Assembly: GCA_034439975.1 (NCBI GenBank)
Contig: JAWXBK010000110.1
Span: 18,818 to 82,817, forward strand
DNA from: Rhodospirillaceae bacterium
GTDB taxonomy: Bacteria; Pseudomonadota; Alphaproteobacteria; Dongiales; Dongiaceae
Length of the DNA: 64,000 bases
Direction: 5' to 3'
The position numbers and the translations under genes are program-made. Positions 55,366-64,000 of this stretch are shown here, in pieces. Below the pieces are notes generated by a model, which was not told where the DNA came from, did no database searches, and saw only the letters and a program-made list of their open reading frames with translations. Positions within the stretch are counted from its first letter, which is position 1, and each line of letters opens with the position of its first letter.

Positions 55366-56706
55366 TCACCCACCGCGCGCCATTGTCTCGGTGAAGCGGA
55401 TCGCCCGCCCGCGCGGCTTGTCGACCAGCGCGCGATCGCGCATCACGCTCATGCCGCGCACGATCGTCGAGATCGGCCGCCCCGTCACTTTCATGCCGGC
55501 GAAAGGCGTCCAGCCGCAACGGCTCGCGATCCAGTCATTCTCGATCGTCCAGGTCGCCTTGAGATCGACCAGCGTGAGATCGGCGTCATAACCGAGCGCA
55601 ATGCGGCCCTTGCCGGCGATATTGTAGATACGCGCGGCGCTCGCGCTGGTGAGATCGACGAACCGCTCGAGCGTCAGCCGGCCCTGCGCGATATGATCGA
55701 GCAGCAGCGGCACCAGCGTCTGCACGCCGGGCATGCCCGACGGGCTCTGCGGATAGGGCTTCGCCTTCTCTTCTCTCGTATGTGGCGCATGGTCGGAGCC
55801 GATCACATCGACCACGCCGTCGCTGACGGCGCGCCACAGCGCCTCGCGATGCCGTGCGTCACGGATCGGCGGGTTCATCTGCGCGAACGTCCCGAGCCGC
55901 TCGTAGCAATCGGGTGCGGCCAGCGTCAGATGTTGCGGCGTGGTCTCGACCGTCACCAGGTCTTTGTGCGCGGCCAGAAACGCCATCTCTTCGGCCGTGG
56001 TCACATGCAGCACATGAATGCGGCGCCCCGCCTTGCGGGCGAGTGCCACGATGCGCCTGGTCGCCTTCAGCGCGGTTTCCTCGTCGCGCCAGACCGGATG
56101 CATCGAAACATCGGCACCTTCGCGCACCAGTGCCAGCCGTTCGCGCAGACGCGGCTCGTCTTCGGCATGGATGGCGCAACGCCGCGTTCCGCTGCGCAGC
56201 ACCGATTCGAGTGCATCGTCGTCGGCAACCAGCAGGCTTCCGGTCGAACTCCCCATAAAAATCTTGACGCCGCAGCAGCCGGGCGTCCGTTCCAGCATCG
56301 CAAGCTCGCCTGCATTCTCTTCCGACGCACCGGCGAAGAAGGCGAAATCGCACCAGGCCCGACCGGTCGCGCGCTCGACCTTGTCGGCGATCGCCGCTGC
56401 GTTGGTCGTGGGCGGCGTGGTGTTGGGCATTTCGAAAACCGCCGTCACGCCGCCCATGGCTGCGGCCCGGGTGCCGGTATCGAGATCTTCCTTATGTTCG
56501 AGGCCCGGCTCGCGGAAATGCACCTGGGTATCGATCACGCCGGGCAGCACATGTAGGCCAGTGGCATCGATCGTTTCGGCGGCCGGCAGCGTGACCCGGC
56601 CGAGGGCGACAATCCGCCCGTTAAGGACGCCGATATCGCAAGGCGCGATGCCATTGGGTGTCGCGGCGATGCCGCCGCGGACGAGAAGGTCGAGGTTTTT
56701 TTCCAA
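55366..56706 (-). CDS. Dihydroorotase-like cyclic amidohydrolase
   Basis: 446 aa with a TTG start. Motifs: PGVIDTQVHFREPG (HxH metal site) and GSDHAPH. Confidence 0.82.
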   Translation of the reverse strand: MEKNLDLLVRGGIAATPNGIAPCDIGVLNGRIVALGRVTLPAAETIDATGLHVLPGVIDTQVHFREPGLEHKEDLDTGTRAAAMGGVTAVFEMPNTTPPTTNAAAIADKVERATGRAWCDFAFFAGASEENAGELAMLERTPGCCGVKIFMGSSTGSLLVADDDALESVLRSGTRRCAIHAEDEPRLRERLALVREGADVSMHPVWRDEETALKATRRIVALARKAGRRIHVLHVTTAEEMAFLAAHKDLVTVETTPQHLTLAAPDCYERLGTFAQMNPPIRDARHREALWRAVSDGVVDVIGSDHAPHTREEKAKPYPQSPSGMPGVQTLVPLLLDHIAQGRLTLERFVDLTSASAARIYNIAGKGRIALGYDADLTLVDLKATWTIENDWIASRCGWTPFAGMKVTGRPISTIVRGMSVMRDRALVDKPRGRAIRFTETMARGG

Positions 56707-56861
56707 CGTGGCAGCTCCGGATCAGGCGGGCGAGCGGATGGCGGGCAAGCGGCGACAGTTTATACTATCCCGGCGCGGCGGGTCGACCGCCGCCAGCGGC
56801 GGACCGGCCGCGTCCCGGCGCCAGGATGCCGGCAAAAGAATGCCGGCAACAGGATGAGGGT

Positions 56862-58298
56862 ATGACGATCTATCCGGTGATCCTCTGCGGCGGCTCCGGC
56901 TCGCGCCTCTGGCCGATGTCGCGCACGGTCTATCCCAAGCAGTTCATGGCGCTGGGCGATGGCGGCACGCTCTTTCAGGAGACGTTGCGCCGGCTTTCCG
57001 ATCCGTCGCTGTTCGCGGCACCCGTCGTCATCTGCAACGAAGAGCATCGCTTCATCGTCGGCGAGCAGCTTCGCCAGACCGGCATCACGGCCGAGACGAT
57101 CCTGCTCGAACCGGTCGGCCGCAACACGGCGCCGGCCGCTGCGGCGGCTGCGATCCACCTTTCCGAGCGCCATGAAACGCAGGGCGGCGGTCCGCTGATG
57201 CTGCTGGCCGCGGCCGATCACTTCGTCGGCCGCCCGGAGCGATTGCTGGAGGCGATCCGCATCGCCAAGCCCGCCGCGGAACAGGGCGCGCTCGTGACCT
57301 TCGGAATCCGCCCGACCCGGCCGGATACCGCCTATGGCTATATCCGCCTCGGCGAAAAGCTTCCCGCAACGCCCGGCGTGCATCGCGTCGAGCGCTTTGT
57401 CGAGAAACCGTCGGCCGAGATTGCAGCCCAGTATCTGCAGTCGGGCGAGTATCTCTGGAACAGCGGGATCTTCCTGATGCGCGCCGGCACGTTTCTCGCC
57501 GAGCTGGAAAAATTCGAACCGGCGATCGCCAGCGGCGCGCGCGAGGCGGTGCGCGAGCGCCGTGCCGATCTCGATTTCTGGCGCCTCGCCGATCCGCCGT
57601 TCTCGTCGATCCCGAACAAATCGATCGATTATGCGGTCATGGAACGCACCGATCGGGCCGCGGTCGTTCCGACCGAGGCGGATCTCGGCTGGAGCGATGT
57701 CGGCTCCTGGGCGAGCCTCTGGGACGTCGCCGCGCACGACGCATCCGGAAATGCGATTTCAGGCGACGTGACGGCCATCGACGTTTCCGGCAGTTACATC
57801 CGCGGCGAGCGGCGATTGATTGCCGCCCTCGGCATTCGCGACCTGGTGATCGTCGACACGGAAGATGCCTTGCTGGTCATGCCGCGCGATCGCACCGAGG
57901 AATTGCGCGCGATCGTACAGCGCCTGCAGGATTCGAAACGGTCCGAAGCCGTCGTACATCGCCGGGTCTACCGGCCCTGGGGTTCCTACGAACAGGTCGA
58001 TGCCGGCGATCGCTTCCAGGTGAAGCGACTGATCGTTCGGCCCGGCGGCCAGCTTTCTTTGCAGCGTCATGCGCAGCGCGCCGAACATTGGGTTGTCGTA
58101 CGCGGCCGGGCGCGCGTTACGCGCGGCGACGAGGTTTTCGATCTGGATGCGAACCAGTCGACTTACATTCCGGTGGGGACCGTGCATCGTCTCGAGAATC
58201 GCAGCGAGGAGCCATTGCATCTGATCGAGGTGCAGTCCGGCGGCTATCTGGGCGAGGACGATATCGAACGGCTCGACGACAGCTACGGACGCCGCTGA
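56862..58298 (+). CDS. manC: Mannose-1-phosphate guanylyltransferase / mannose-6-phosphate isomerase
   Basis: In-frame ATG at 56862 (MTIYPVILCGGSGSRLWPMSR). It has a C-terminal cupin (RPWGSYE...VKRLIVRPGGQLSLQRHAQRAEHWVVV). Confidence 0.92.
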   Translation: MTIYPVILCGGSGSRLWPMSRTVYPKQFMALGDGGTLFQETLRRLSDPSLFAAPVVICNEEHRFIVGEQLRQTGITAETILLEPVGRNTAPAAAAAAIHLSERHETQGGGPLMLLAAADHFVGRPERLLEAIRIAKPAAEQGALVTFGIRPTRPDTAYGYIRLGEKLPATPGVHRVERFVEKPSAEIAAQYLQSGEYLWNSGIFLMRAGTFLAELEKFEPAIASGAREAVRERRADLDFWRLADPPFSSIPNKSIDYAVMERTDRAAVVPTEADLGWSDVGSWASLWDVAAHDASGNAISGDVTAIDVSGSYIRGERRLIAALGIRDLVIVDTEDALLVMPRDRTEELRAIVQRLQDSKRSEAVVHRRVYRPWGSYEQVDAGDRFQVKRLIVRPGGQLSLQRHAQRAEHWVVVRGRARVTRGDEVFDLDANQSTYIPVGTVHRLENRSEEPLHLIEVQSGGYLGEDDIERLDDSYGRR

Positions 58299-58438
58299 AA
58301 TTCACGGCGATTGCCGCCCTGGACCCATACTCCACAACCAATTGGGCCTTTGACTTATCCCCGCTTGGGCCGGAATATGACCGTCGAGTTGCCGCAACGT
58401 GAGCGGTACAGCCCTTTTTGTCGTTCAGGAGACTCCAG

Positions 58439-59827
58439 ATGAATAAACCGCTGCCGAATTCGCTCGCGGCGAAGGACATCGCCTATCACCTCCATCCCTA
58501 CACCAATGCGGTGAAGCATGAGGCGGAGGGACCGCTGATTCTCACCGAGGGCAAGGGCATCCATGTCTATGACGAGAACGGCACGGAATATATCGAGGGC
58601 CTCGCCGGCCTGTGGAGCACGTCGCTCGGCTTCGGCGAACAGCGCCTGATCGATGCCGCGACCGCCCAGCTTCAGAAGCTGCCCTACTATCACAGCTTCA
58701 CACACAAGGTGCCGAGCATCACCGTCGAGCTCGCCGAGCGGCTGATCCAGATCGCCCCGGTGCCGATGTCGAAGGTGTTCTTCACCAACTCGGGCTCGGA
58801 AGCCAACGACACCGTCGTCAAGATGGTCTGGTACTACAACAACGCGATCGGTCGTCCGAAGAAGAAGAAGATCATCTCGCGCATCAAGGGCTATCACGGC
58901 GTCACCGTCGCCTCGGCCAGCCTCACCGGCTTGCCTTACAACCACAAGGATTTCGACCTGCCGATGGCCGGCATTCTTCATGCCGATTGCCCGCATTTCT
59001 ATCGCTTCGGCGCCGATGGCGAGACTGAGGAAGAATTCGCAACCCGGCTTGCCGAAAATCTCGACAATCTGATCATTGCCGAAGGGCCCGATACGGTCGC
59101 CGCGTTCATCGCGGAACCGGTGATGGGCGCCGGCGGCGTCCTCATCCCGCCGAAGACCTATTTCGAGAAAATCCAGGCGGTCCTCAAGAAGCATGACGTG
59201 CTGTTCGTCGCCGACGAGGTGATCTGCGGCTTCGGACGCACCGGCAATCTGTGGGGCTCGCAGACCTATGGTCTGAAGCCGGACATCCTGAGCTGTGCCA
59301 AGGCGCTCTCGTCGTCCTATCTGCCGATCGCCGCGGTCATGATCAACGAGAAGGTCTACAGCGCGCTGCGCGACAATTCCGGCAAGCTCGGCACCTTCGG
59401 CCACGGCTTCACTTATTCGGGCCATCCCGTCAGCGCGGCCGTCGCCCTCGAAACGCTCAAGATCTATGAAGAGCGCGATATCGTCGCGACAGTCCGCCGC
59501 GTGGCGCCGACCTTCCAGAAGCGGCTGCGCGCCTATGCCGATCACCCGATGGTCGGCGAAGTCCGCTGCGTCGGCCTGATCGGTGCGGTCGAGCTGGTGC
59601 GCAACAAGAAGACCAAGGAGCCGTTCGATCCCAAGCTGACGATCGGGCTCAAGACCGCCGGATTCTGTCAGCGTCACGGTCTGATTACGCGGGCAATCAT
59701 GGACAGCGTCGCCTTCTGTCCGCCGCTCATCATCACTGACGCGCAGATCAACGAGATGTTCGACCGGTTCGGTCGCGCACTTGACGAGGCGCATGGCTGG
59801 GCGAAGCAGGAAGGCCTGCTCGGCTGA
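58439..59827 (+). CDS. Class III (omega) aminotransferase, polyamine/beta-alanine:pyruvate type
   Basis: The ATG at 58439 follows CAGGAG. Motifs: FFTNSGSEAND, ADEVICGFGRTG and the PLP-Lys region LSCAKALSS. Confidence 0.9.
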   Translation: MNKPLPNSLAAKDIAYHLHPYTNAVKHEAEGPLILTEGKGIHVYDENGTEYIEGLAGLWSTSLGFGEQRLIDAATAQLQKLPYYHSFTHKVPSITVELAERLIQIAPVPMSKVFFTNSGSEANDTVVKMVWYYNNAIGRPKKKKIISRIKGYHGVTVASASLTGLPYNHKDFDLPMAGILHADCPHFYRFGADGETEEEFATRLAENLDNLIIAEGPDTVAAFIAEPVMGAGGVLIPPKTYFEKIQAVLKKHDVLFVADEVICGFGRTGNLWGSQTYGLKPDILSCAKALSSSYLPIAAVMINEKVYSALRDNSGKLGTFGHGFTYSGHPVSAAVALETLKIYEERDIVATVRRVAPTFQKRLRAYADHPMVGEVRCVGLIGAVELVRNKKTKEPFDPKLTIGLKTAGFCQRHGLITRAIMDSVAFCPPLIITDAQINEMFDRFGRALDEAHGWAKQEGLLG

Positions 59828-59845
59828 GCGGGCTGGCACGGGTAA

Positions 59846-59880
59846 CACCGGCCGCGGGGCGCCGTGGCCGGTGCCTTTCC
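59846..59880 (+). terminator. Possible terminator after the aminotransferase
   Basis: The stem is caccggccgcgg / ccgtggccggtg with one G-T pair. It is followed by only a weak T tract (cctttcc). Confidence 0.35.
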
Positions 59881-60114
59881 GATAATGCGGCGGCGTGGCG
59901 TACAATCCGCTCCTGTCGCAGCGGGCCGCAGGGCTTTGAGGCGGCAGCATTTTTCCATCGGGAGGTGAATTTCCGACTCCAAATCGTGGGGGCTCTGCCG
60001 TAGCATCCGCATCCTAAACAAGGACCGCCGCATGGCCTCCGGCCAAAAAATGCAGGTGGATCCGATAAAAACGTTCATTCGCAGGGAATTGCTTCAGGAG
60101 ACGTAGACGGGGGC

Positions 60115-61212
60115 ATGGTCGACGCACAGAAAGATTTCGTTAAATTCGAGGACATCCAGAAGAGCTACGACGGCGAAACGCTCGTCGTAAAAAGCCTAAA
60201 CATGTCCATCGCCCGTGGCGAGTTCCTGACCATGTTGGGCCCGTCGGGGTCCGGTAAAACGACGACATTGCTGATGCTGGCCGGGTTCGAGGTCCCGACC
60301 AATGGCCACATCAGTCTCGATGGGCAGCTGATCGACCGCCTGCCGCCGCACAAGCGCGACATCGGCATGGTGTTCCAGAACTACGCTCTCTTTCCGCATA
60401 TGACGGTCGAGGAGAACCTCGCCTTCCCGCTCGAGGTCCGCAAGGTCGCCAAGGCGGAGATGAAGACGCGAATCGACCGTGCGCTCGATATGGTTCAGCT
60501 CTCGCCTTATGGGAAGCGGCGCCCGGCGCAGCTTTCGGGCGGTCAGCAGCAGCGCGTCGCGCTCGCCCGGGCGCTGGTCTTCGAACCGAAACTGGTGCTG
60601 ATGGACGAGCCGCTCGGCGCGCTCGACAAGCAGCTTCGCGAGCATATGCAGCTTGAGATCAAGCATCTGCACGAACGGCTCGGCATCACCGTGGTCTATG
60701 TGACACACGATCAGGGCGAAGCGCTGACCATGTCGAACCGCATCGCCGTGTTCAACGACGGCGTGATCCAGCAGCTCGCCACACCCGACGATCTGTACGA
60801 ACGGCCGGAGAATGCCTTCGTCGCGCAGTTCATCGGCGAGAACAACAAGCTCGCGGGCAAGGTCCGTTCGGTCAACGGAAAGACCTGCAGGGTCGAGCTC
60901 GATAGCGGCGGCGAAGTTCAGGCGCTCGCGGTCAACATCGAAGGCGAAGGCCGACCGACGCTGATCTCTGTCCGGCCCGAACGGACGTTGATCAACCCGC
61001 CGGCCGGCGCCTTCCCGAACATGTTCAGCGGCCAGGTCGAAGAGCTCATTTATCTCGGCGACCATATCCGCACCCGCGTCAATGTGTGTGGATCGCGGGA
61101 CTTCGTCATCAAGATACCGAATGCTCCCGGCCAGGGCGCGCTCAACAAGGGCGACGCCGTGACGGTCGGCTGGGCGGTTGAAGATTGCCGGGCACTGGAC
61201 CGCCCGGCATAA
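60115..61212 (+). CDS. potA: Polyamine-type ABC transporter ATP-binding protein
   Basis: Walker A GPSGSGKTT, signature LSGGQQQRVALARAL, Walker B LMDEP, and a C-terminal TOBE-like domain. Confidence 0.88.
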   Translation: MVDAQKDFVKFEDIQKSYDGETLVVKSLNMSIARGEFLTMLGPSGSGKTTTLLMLAGFEVPTNGHISLDGQLIDRLPPHKRDIGMVFQNYALFPHMTVEENLAFPLEVRKVAKAEMKTRIDRALDMVQLSPYGKRRPAQLSGGQQQRVALARALVFEPKLVLMDEPLGALDKQLREHMQLEIKHLHERLGITVVYVTHDQGEALTMSNRIAVFNDGVIQQLATPDDLYERPENAFVAQFIGENNKLAGKVRSVNGKTCRVELDSGGEVQALAVNIEGEGRPTLISVRPERTLINPPAGAFPNMFSGQVEELIYLGDHIRTRVNVCGSRDFVIKIPNAPGQGALNKGDAVTVGWAVEDCRALDRPA

Positions 61213-61316
61213 GGCGTCGGGCTCAAGGGGCCATCAAAAGGCCTCGATGTTCCCGACAATGTGTGAGTGCGAAGCAAGGCCGGTTGTGACCGGCTCAACG
61301 CAGGGAGAGACATAAA

Positions 61317-62375
61317 ATGAGAAAAACGACCCTGTTTCTGTCCGGGGTGGCTATGGCGGCAACAGCCGTCGGTTTGGCCATTGCGCCGGCACAGGCCGAG
61401 GACATGGTGTTCGTTTCCTGGGGCGGTGCGTATCAGTCCGCCCAGCACGAGGCTTTCGTAAAGCCGTTTGCCAAGGAAACCGGCATCAACGTCATCGAGG
61501 AAGAGTATAGCGGCGAGTTTGCAAAGATCGCGGCGATGGTCGAGGCCAACGACGTCACGTGGGACGTGGTCGACGTCGATTTCAACACCGCGGTCGCAGG
61601 CTGCGATCAGGGCATCTTCGAAGAACTCGACTACAGCAAAATCGGTCAGGACCCGGAACGCTTCGTTCCGAACGGCGCGCTCGACTGCGCCGTGGGCACG
61701 ATCGTGTACTCGACGGTTTACGCCTATGACAGCGACGAGATCACCGAGAATCCGCCGACGACGATTGCGGACCTCTATGACCTCGCGACTTGGCCGGGCA
61801 AGCGCGCCCTGCAGAAGTCGGCTTTCGTGAACATGGAATGGGCTCTTCTGGCCGACGGCGTGCCGATGGACGAAGTCTACGGCATGCTCGAGACCGAAGA
61901 AGGCATTGCGCGCGCCTTTGCCAAACTCGACACCATCAAGAGCGAAGTCGTGTGGTGGGAAGCGGGCGCACAGCCGCCGCAGCTCCTCTCCGACGGCGAA
62001 GTCGTCATGGCTTCGGGCTGGAACGGCCGCTTCTTCGATGCCGCCAAGAACGAGGGCAAGAACTTCGTCATCGTCTGGGACGCGCAGGGCTTCGACTTCG
62101 ATTACTTCGCCATCCCGAAGGGTACGCCGCGTCTGGAAACGGCTTACAAGTTCCTGGCCTTCTCGAGCGCCCCGGAGCAAATGGCCGAGAACTCGAAGTA
62201 TATCTCCTACGGGCCTGTGCATCAGGATGCGATCCAGTTTATCGCCCCTGAGATTCTGAAGGATCTGCCGACGGCGCCGGAAAACTCCAGCAACGTGCTG
62301 TATGTCGATTCCTTCTGGTGGGCAGACCATCGCGAAGATCTCGAGAAGCGCTTCGCTGCCTGGCTGGCGCAGTAA
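61317..62375 (+). CDS. ABC transporter periplasmic substrate-binding protein (PotD/PotF-like)
   Basis: 352 aa with a signal peptide (LFLSGVAMAATAVGLAIAPAQA). Its operon position lies between the ATPase and the permeases. Confidence 0.85.
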   Translation: MRKTTLFLSGVAMAATAVGLAIAPAQAEDMVFVSWGGAYQSAQHEAFVKPFAKETGINVIEEEYSGEFAKIAAMVEANDVTWDVVDVDFNTAVAGCDQGIFEELDYSKIGQDPERFVPNGALDCAVGTIVYSTVYAYDSDEITENPPTTIADLYDLATWPGKRALQKSAFVNMEWALLADGVPMDEVYGMLETEEGIARAFAKLDTIKSEVVWWEAGAQPPQLLSDGEVVMASGWNGRFFDAAKNEGKNFVIVWDAQGFDFDYFAIPKGTPRLETAYKFLAFSSAPEQMAENSKYISYGPVHQDAIQFIAPEILKDLPTAPENSSNVLYVDSFWWADHREDLEKRFAAWLAQ

Positions 62376-62388
62376 CGCGCATTGAAGA

Positions 62389-62425
62389 CCGGGAGGAGCC
62401 GATCGCTCCTCCCGGTTTCCTTTTC
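62389..62425 (+). terminator. Rho-independent terminator / attenuator within the transporter operon
   Basis: ccgggaggagc-cgatc-gctcctcccgg followed by tttccttttc. Confidence 0.7.
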
Positions 62426-62449
62426 AGACGTTAGCAGTACGGATCGGGC

Positions 62450-63706
62450 ATGGTCAGCGTTGCGTTAACCGACAATGTGATGCGGGCGGCCGATGGCACG
62501 CCCCTCAAGGTCAAGCTCAAGCAGACGGAACGTCTGCGTCAGCTCAAGGCCGTAGGATTGGTTGCGCCGCTATTCCTGTTCATCCTTCTTTCGTTCGTCG
62601 CGCCGATCGCCAACATGCTGTTCTACTCGGTCAACAATCCCGAGTTGGTTCACACATTGTCCCGAACGGCCGCGGCTTTAGAGAATTGGGACGGCGAAGC
62701 ATTGCCCGGCGAGGAAGCGTTCGAAGCCCTCGCGATGGACATTCAGCAGGCGCGCGAAGAGAAAACCATTGGTCTCATCGCCAAGCGCCTTAACTACGAA
62801 CTCCCCGCCATCCGCAGCGACGTCATGGCAACGGGTCGTGCGCTCGAAGACGTGGAAGCGGGCCCATGGAAAGACGTCCTGGTCGACATCGAAGGTGTCT
62901 GGGGCGAGCTCGGAACCTGGGCTGTCATCAAACGCGCGACCAGCCCCTACACGGATTTCTACTTTCTTTCCGCGGTCGACCGTATGCGCGATGCGACCGG
63001 CTCCATCGTTGCGATCCCCGAGGGCCAGGCGATCTTCGCCAAAGTCTATATCCGGACGTTCTACATTTCGACGATCGTGACGCTGGTTACCCTGTTCCTC
63101 GGTTTCCCCGTCGCCTATCTGCTGGCGACGCTGCCGACCCGATACAGCAATCTGCTGATGATCCTGGTGCTGCTGCCGTTCTGGACGTCGCTGCTGGTGC
63201 GGACGACGGCGTGGGTGGTGCTGCTTCAATCCGAGGGGCTCGTGAACTCGGGCTTGATGTGGCTCGGGTTGATCGACGAGCGCGTTCAGCTCATCTATAA
63301 CCGCTTCGGCACGATCATCGCGATGGCGCATATCCAGTTGCCGTTCACGCTGCTGCCGATCTACAGCGTGATGAAAACCATTCCGAGCTCGCATGTGCGC
63401 GCGGCCCGTTCTCTGGGCGCGGGTCCGTTCTACGCATTCTGGCGGGTTTATTTTCCGCAGACCATTCCGGGCATCGCGGCGGGCTGCCTGCTGACCTTTA
63501 TTCTCTGTCTCGGCTACTACATCACGCCGGCACTGGTCGGCGGTCCGTCGGATCAGATGGTCAGCTACTTCGTCGCGTTCTATACGAATCAGGAACTCAA
63601 TTGGGGCATGGCGGGCGCGCTGGGCGTGATCCTGCTCCTGGTCACGTTCCTCATTTACTTTGTTTATAACAAGCTGGTCGGTATCGACCGGATGAAGCTG
63701 GGCTAG
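62450..63706 (+). CDS. ABC transporter permease (PotB-like, with long periplasmic insert)
   Basis: 418 aa and multi-TM. It has an EAA-like loop (SHVRAARSLGAGPFYAFWRV). Confidence 0.85.
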   Translation: MVSVALTDNVMRAADGTPLKVKLKQTERLRQLKAVGLVAPLFLFILLSFVAPIANMLFYSVNNPELVHTLSRTAAALENWDGEALPGEEAFEALAMDIQQAREEKTIGLIAKRLNYELPAIRSDVMATGRALEDVEAGPWKDVLVDIEGVWGELGTWAVIKRATSPYTDFYFLSAVDRMRDATGSIVAIPEGQAIFAKVYIRTFYISTIVTLVTLFLGFPVAYLLATLPTRYSNLLMILVLLPFWTSLLVRTTAWVVLLQSEGLVNSGLMWLGLIDERVQLIYNRFGTIIAMAHIQLPFTLLPIYSVMKTIPSSHVRAARSLGAGPFYAFWRVYFPQTIPGIAAGCLLTFILCLGYYITPALVGGPSDQMVSYFVAFYTNQELNWGMAGALGVILLLVTFLIYFVYNKLVGIDRMKLG

Positions 63707-63714
63707 GATCGAAG

Positions 63715-64000
63715 ATGGCGGCCTCTCCCTACGCAACGCCGGCAGAGAAACTCTGGCACTACACGCTGCGCATCATTTGCGCGGCTGTCTTCTTCTATCT
63801 GATCGCGCCGATTTTGGTGATCATGCCGCTGTCGTTCAATTCGGAAATGTTCTTTACCTATCCAATGCCCGGGCTTTCGCTGCGGTGGTACGAGGACTTT
63901 TTCTTCAACGACCGCTGGACGATTGCGCTCAAGAACAGCGCGATCATCGCGGTCTGCACCACGATTCTCGCAACATTCCTCGGCACCCTGGCCGCGCTTG
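63715..64000 (+). CDS. ABC transporter permease (PotC-like), 5' part, runs off the right edge
   Basis: ATG at 63715. Hand translation gives MAASPYATPAEKLWHYTLRIICAAVFFYLIAPILVIMPLSFNS... Confidence 0.8.
   Translation, partial: MAASPYATPAEKLWHYTLRIICAAVFFYLIAPILVIMPLSFNSEMFFTYPMPGLSLRWYEDFFFNDRWTIALKNSAIIAVCTTILATFLGTLAAL

Noticed and set aside
62553-62571. TAGGATTGGTTGCGCCGCT inside the permease gene partly matches the conserved hairpin loop (14 of 19 positions).
   Set aside because: It lies inside a well-supported coding frame, has no flanking inverted repeat, and does not preserve the GG-run pattern. It is likely chance.
53674-63736. Long ORFs 53674..55296(+), 55342..56556(+), 56760..57737(-), 58355..59950(-), 60196..61065(-), 61050..62330(-) and 62678..63736(-).
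   Set aside because: They are antisense to glf plus hydrolase, dihydroorotase, manC, the aminotransferase, potA, the binding protein and the permease respectively. They show the same shadow-ORF signature.
1-64000. A scan for CRISPR arrays, rRNA genes, IS elements/transposases and integrases.
   Set aside because: I noticed no regularly spaced direct repeats, rRNA-like sequence, DDE or tyrosine/serine recombinase motifs in any frame. A manual scan cannot exclude short or degenerate elements.

Overview
High-GC chromosomal segment, probably alphaproteobacterial. This is inferred from synteny such as maf-RNase E/G-yacG and hisD-hisG-DUF2948-murA, and from DUF1491 and UPF0262 genes. Most of it is ordinary housekeeping. 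That includes cysS (partial), gltX, nadE, class II DAHP synthase, gor, gabD, glmS/glmU, cysQ, tsaC/Sua5, infA, hisDG, murA, glf, manC, tRNA-Val(CAC), tRNA-Phe(GAA) and a polyamine-type aminotransferase plus ABC transporter cluster at the right edge. Many long ORFs in the supplied track are antisense shadow ORFs typical of high-GC DNA and were not called. Two accessory regions stand out. (1) About 14.05-17.41 kb is an AT-richer three-gene restriction-modification island: an HTH-fused C5 cytosine methyltransferase, vsr, and a two-domain endonuclease of the UbaLAI type. It sits immediately downstream of the glmS stop, the attTn7-equivalent position, and has no mobility genes. (2) About 41.2-51.1 kb is a podovirus-type prophage remnant. 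It keeps a CI/LexA-like repressor, early small genes, a near-consensus promoter followed directly by a terminator, T7 gp11/gp12-like tail genes, a tail fibre and a full lysis cassette. It lacks integrase, replication, portal and scaffold genes. Terminase and capsid survive only as one fused ORF. Inside it is a small family of hairpins with unrelated but perfectly pairing stems and a conserved 19-nt G-rich loop; I cannot assign these to a known element class. No CRISPR array, rRNA gene or transposase was seen. All functional calls come from recalled family motifs read in the translations, not from database searches.
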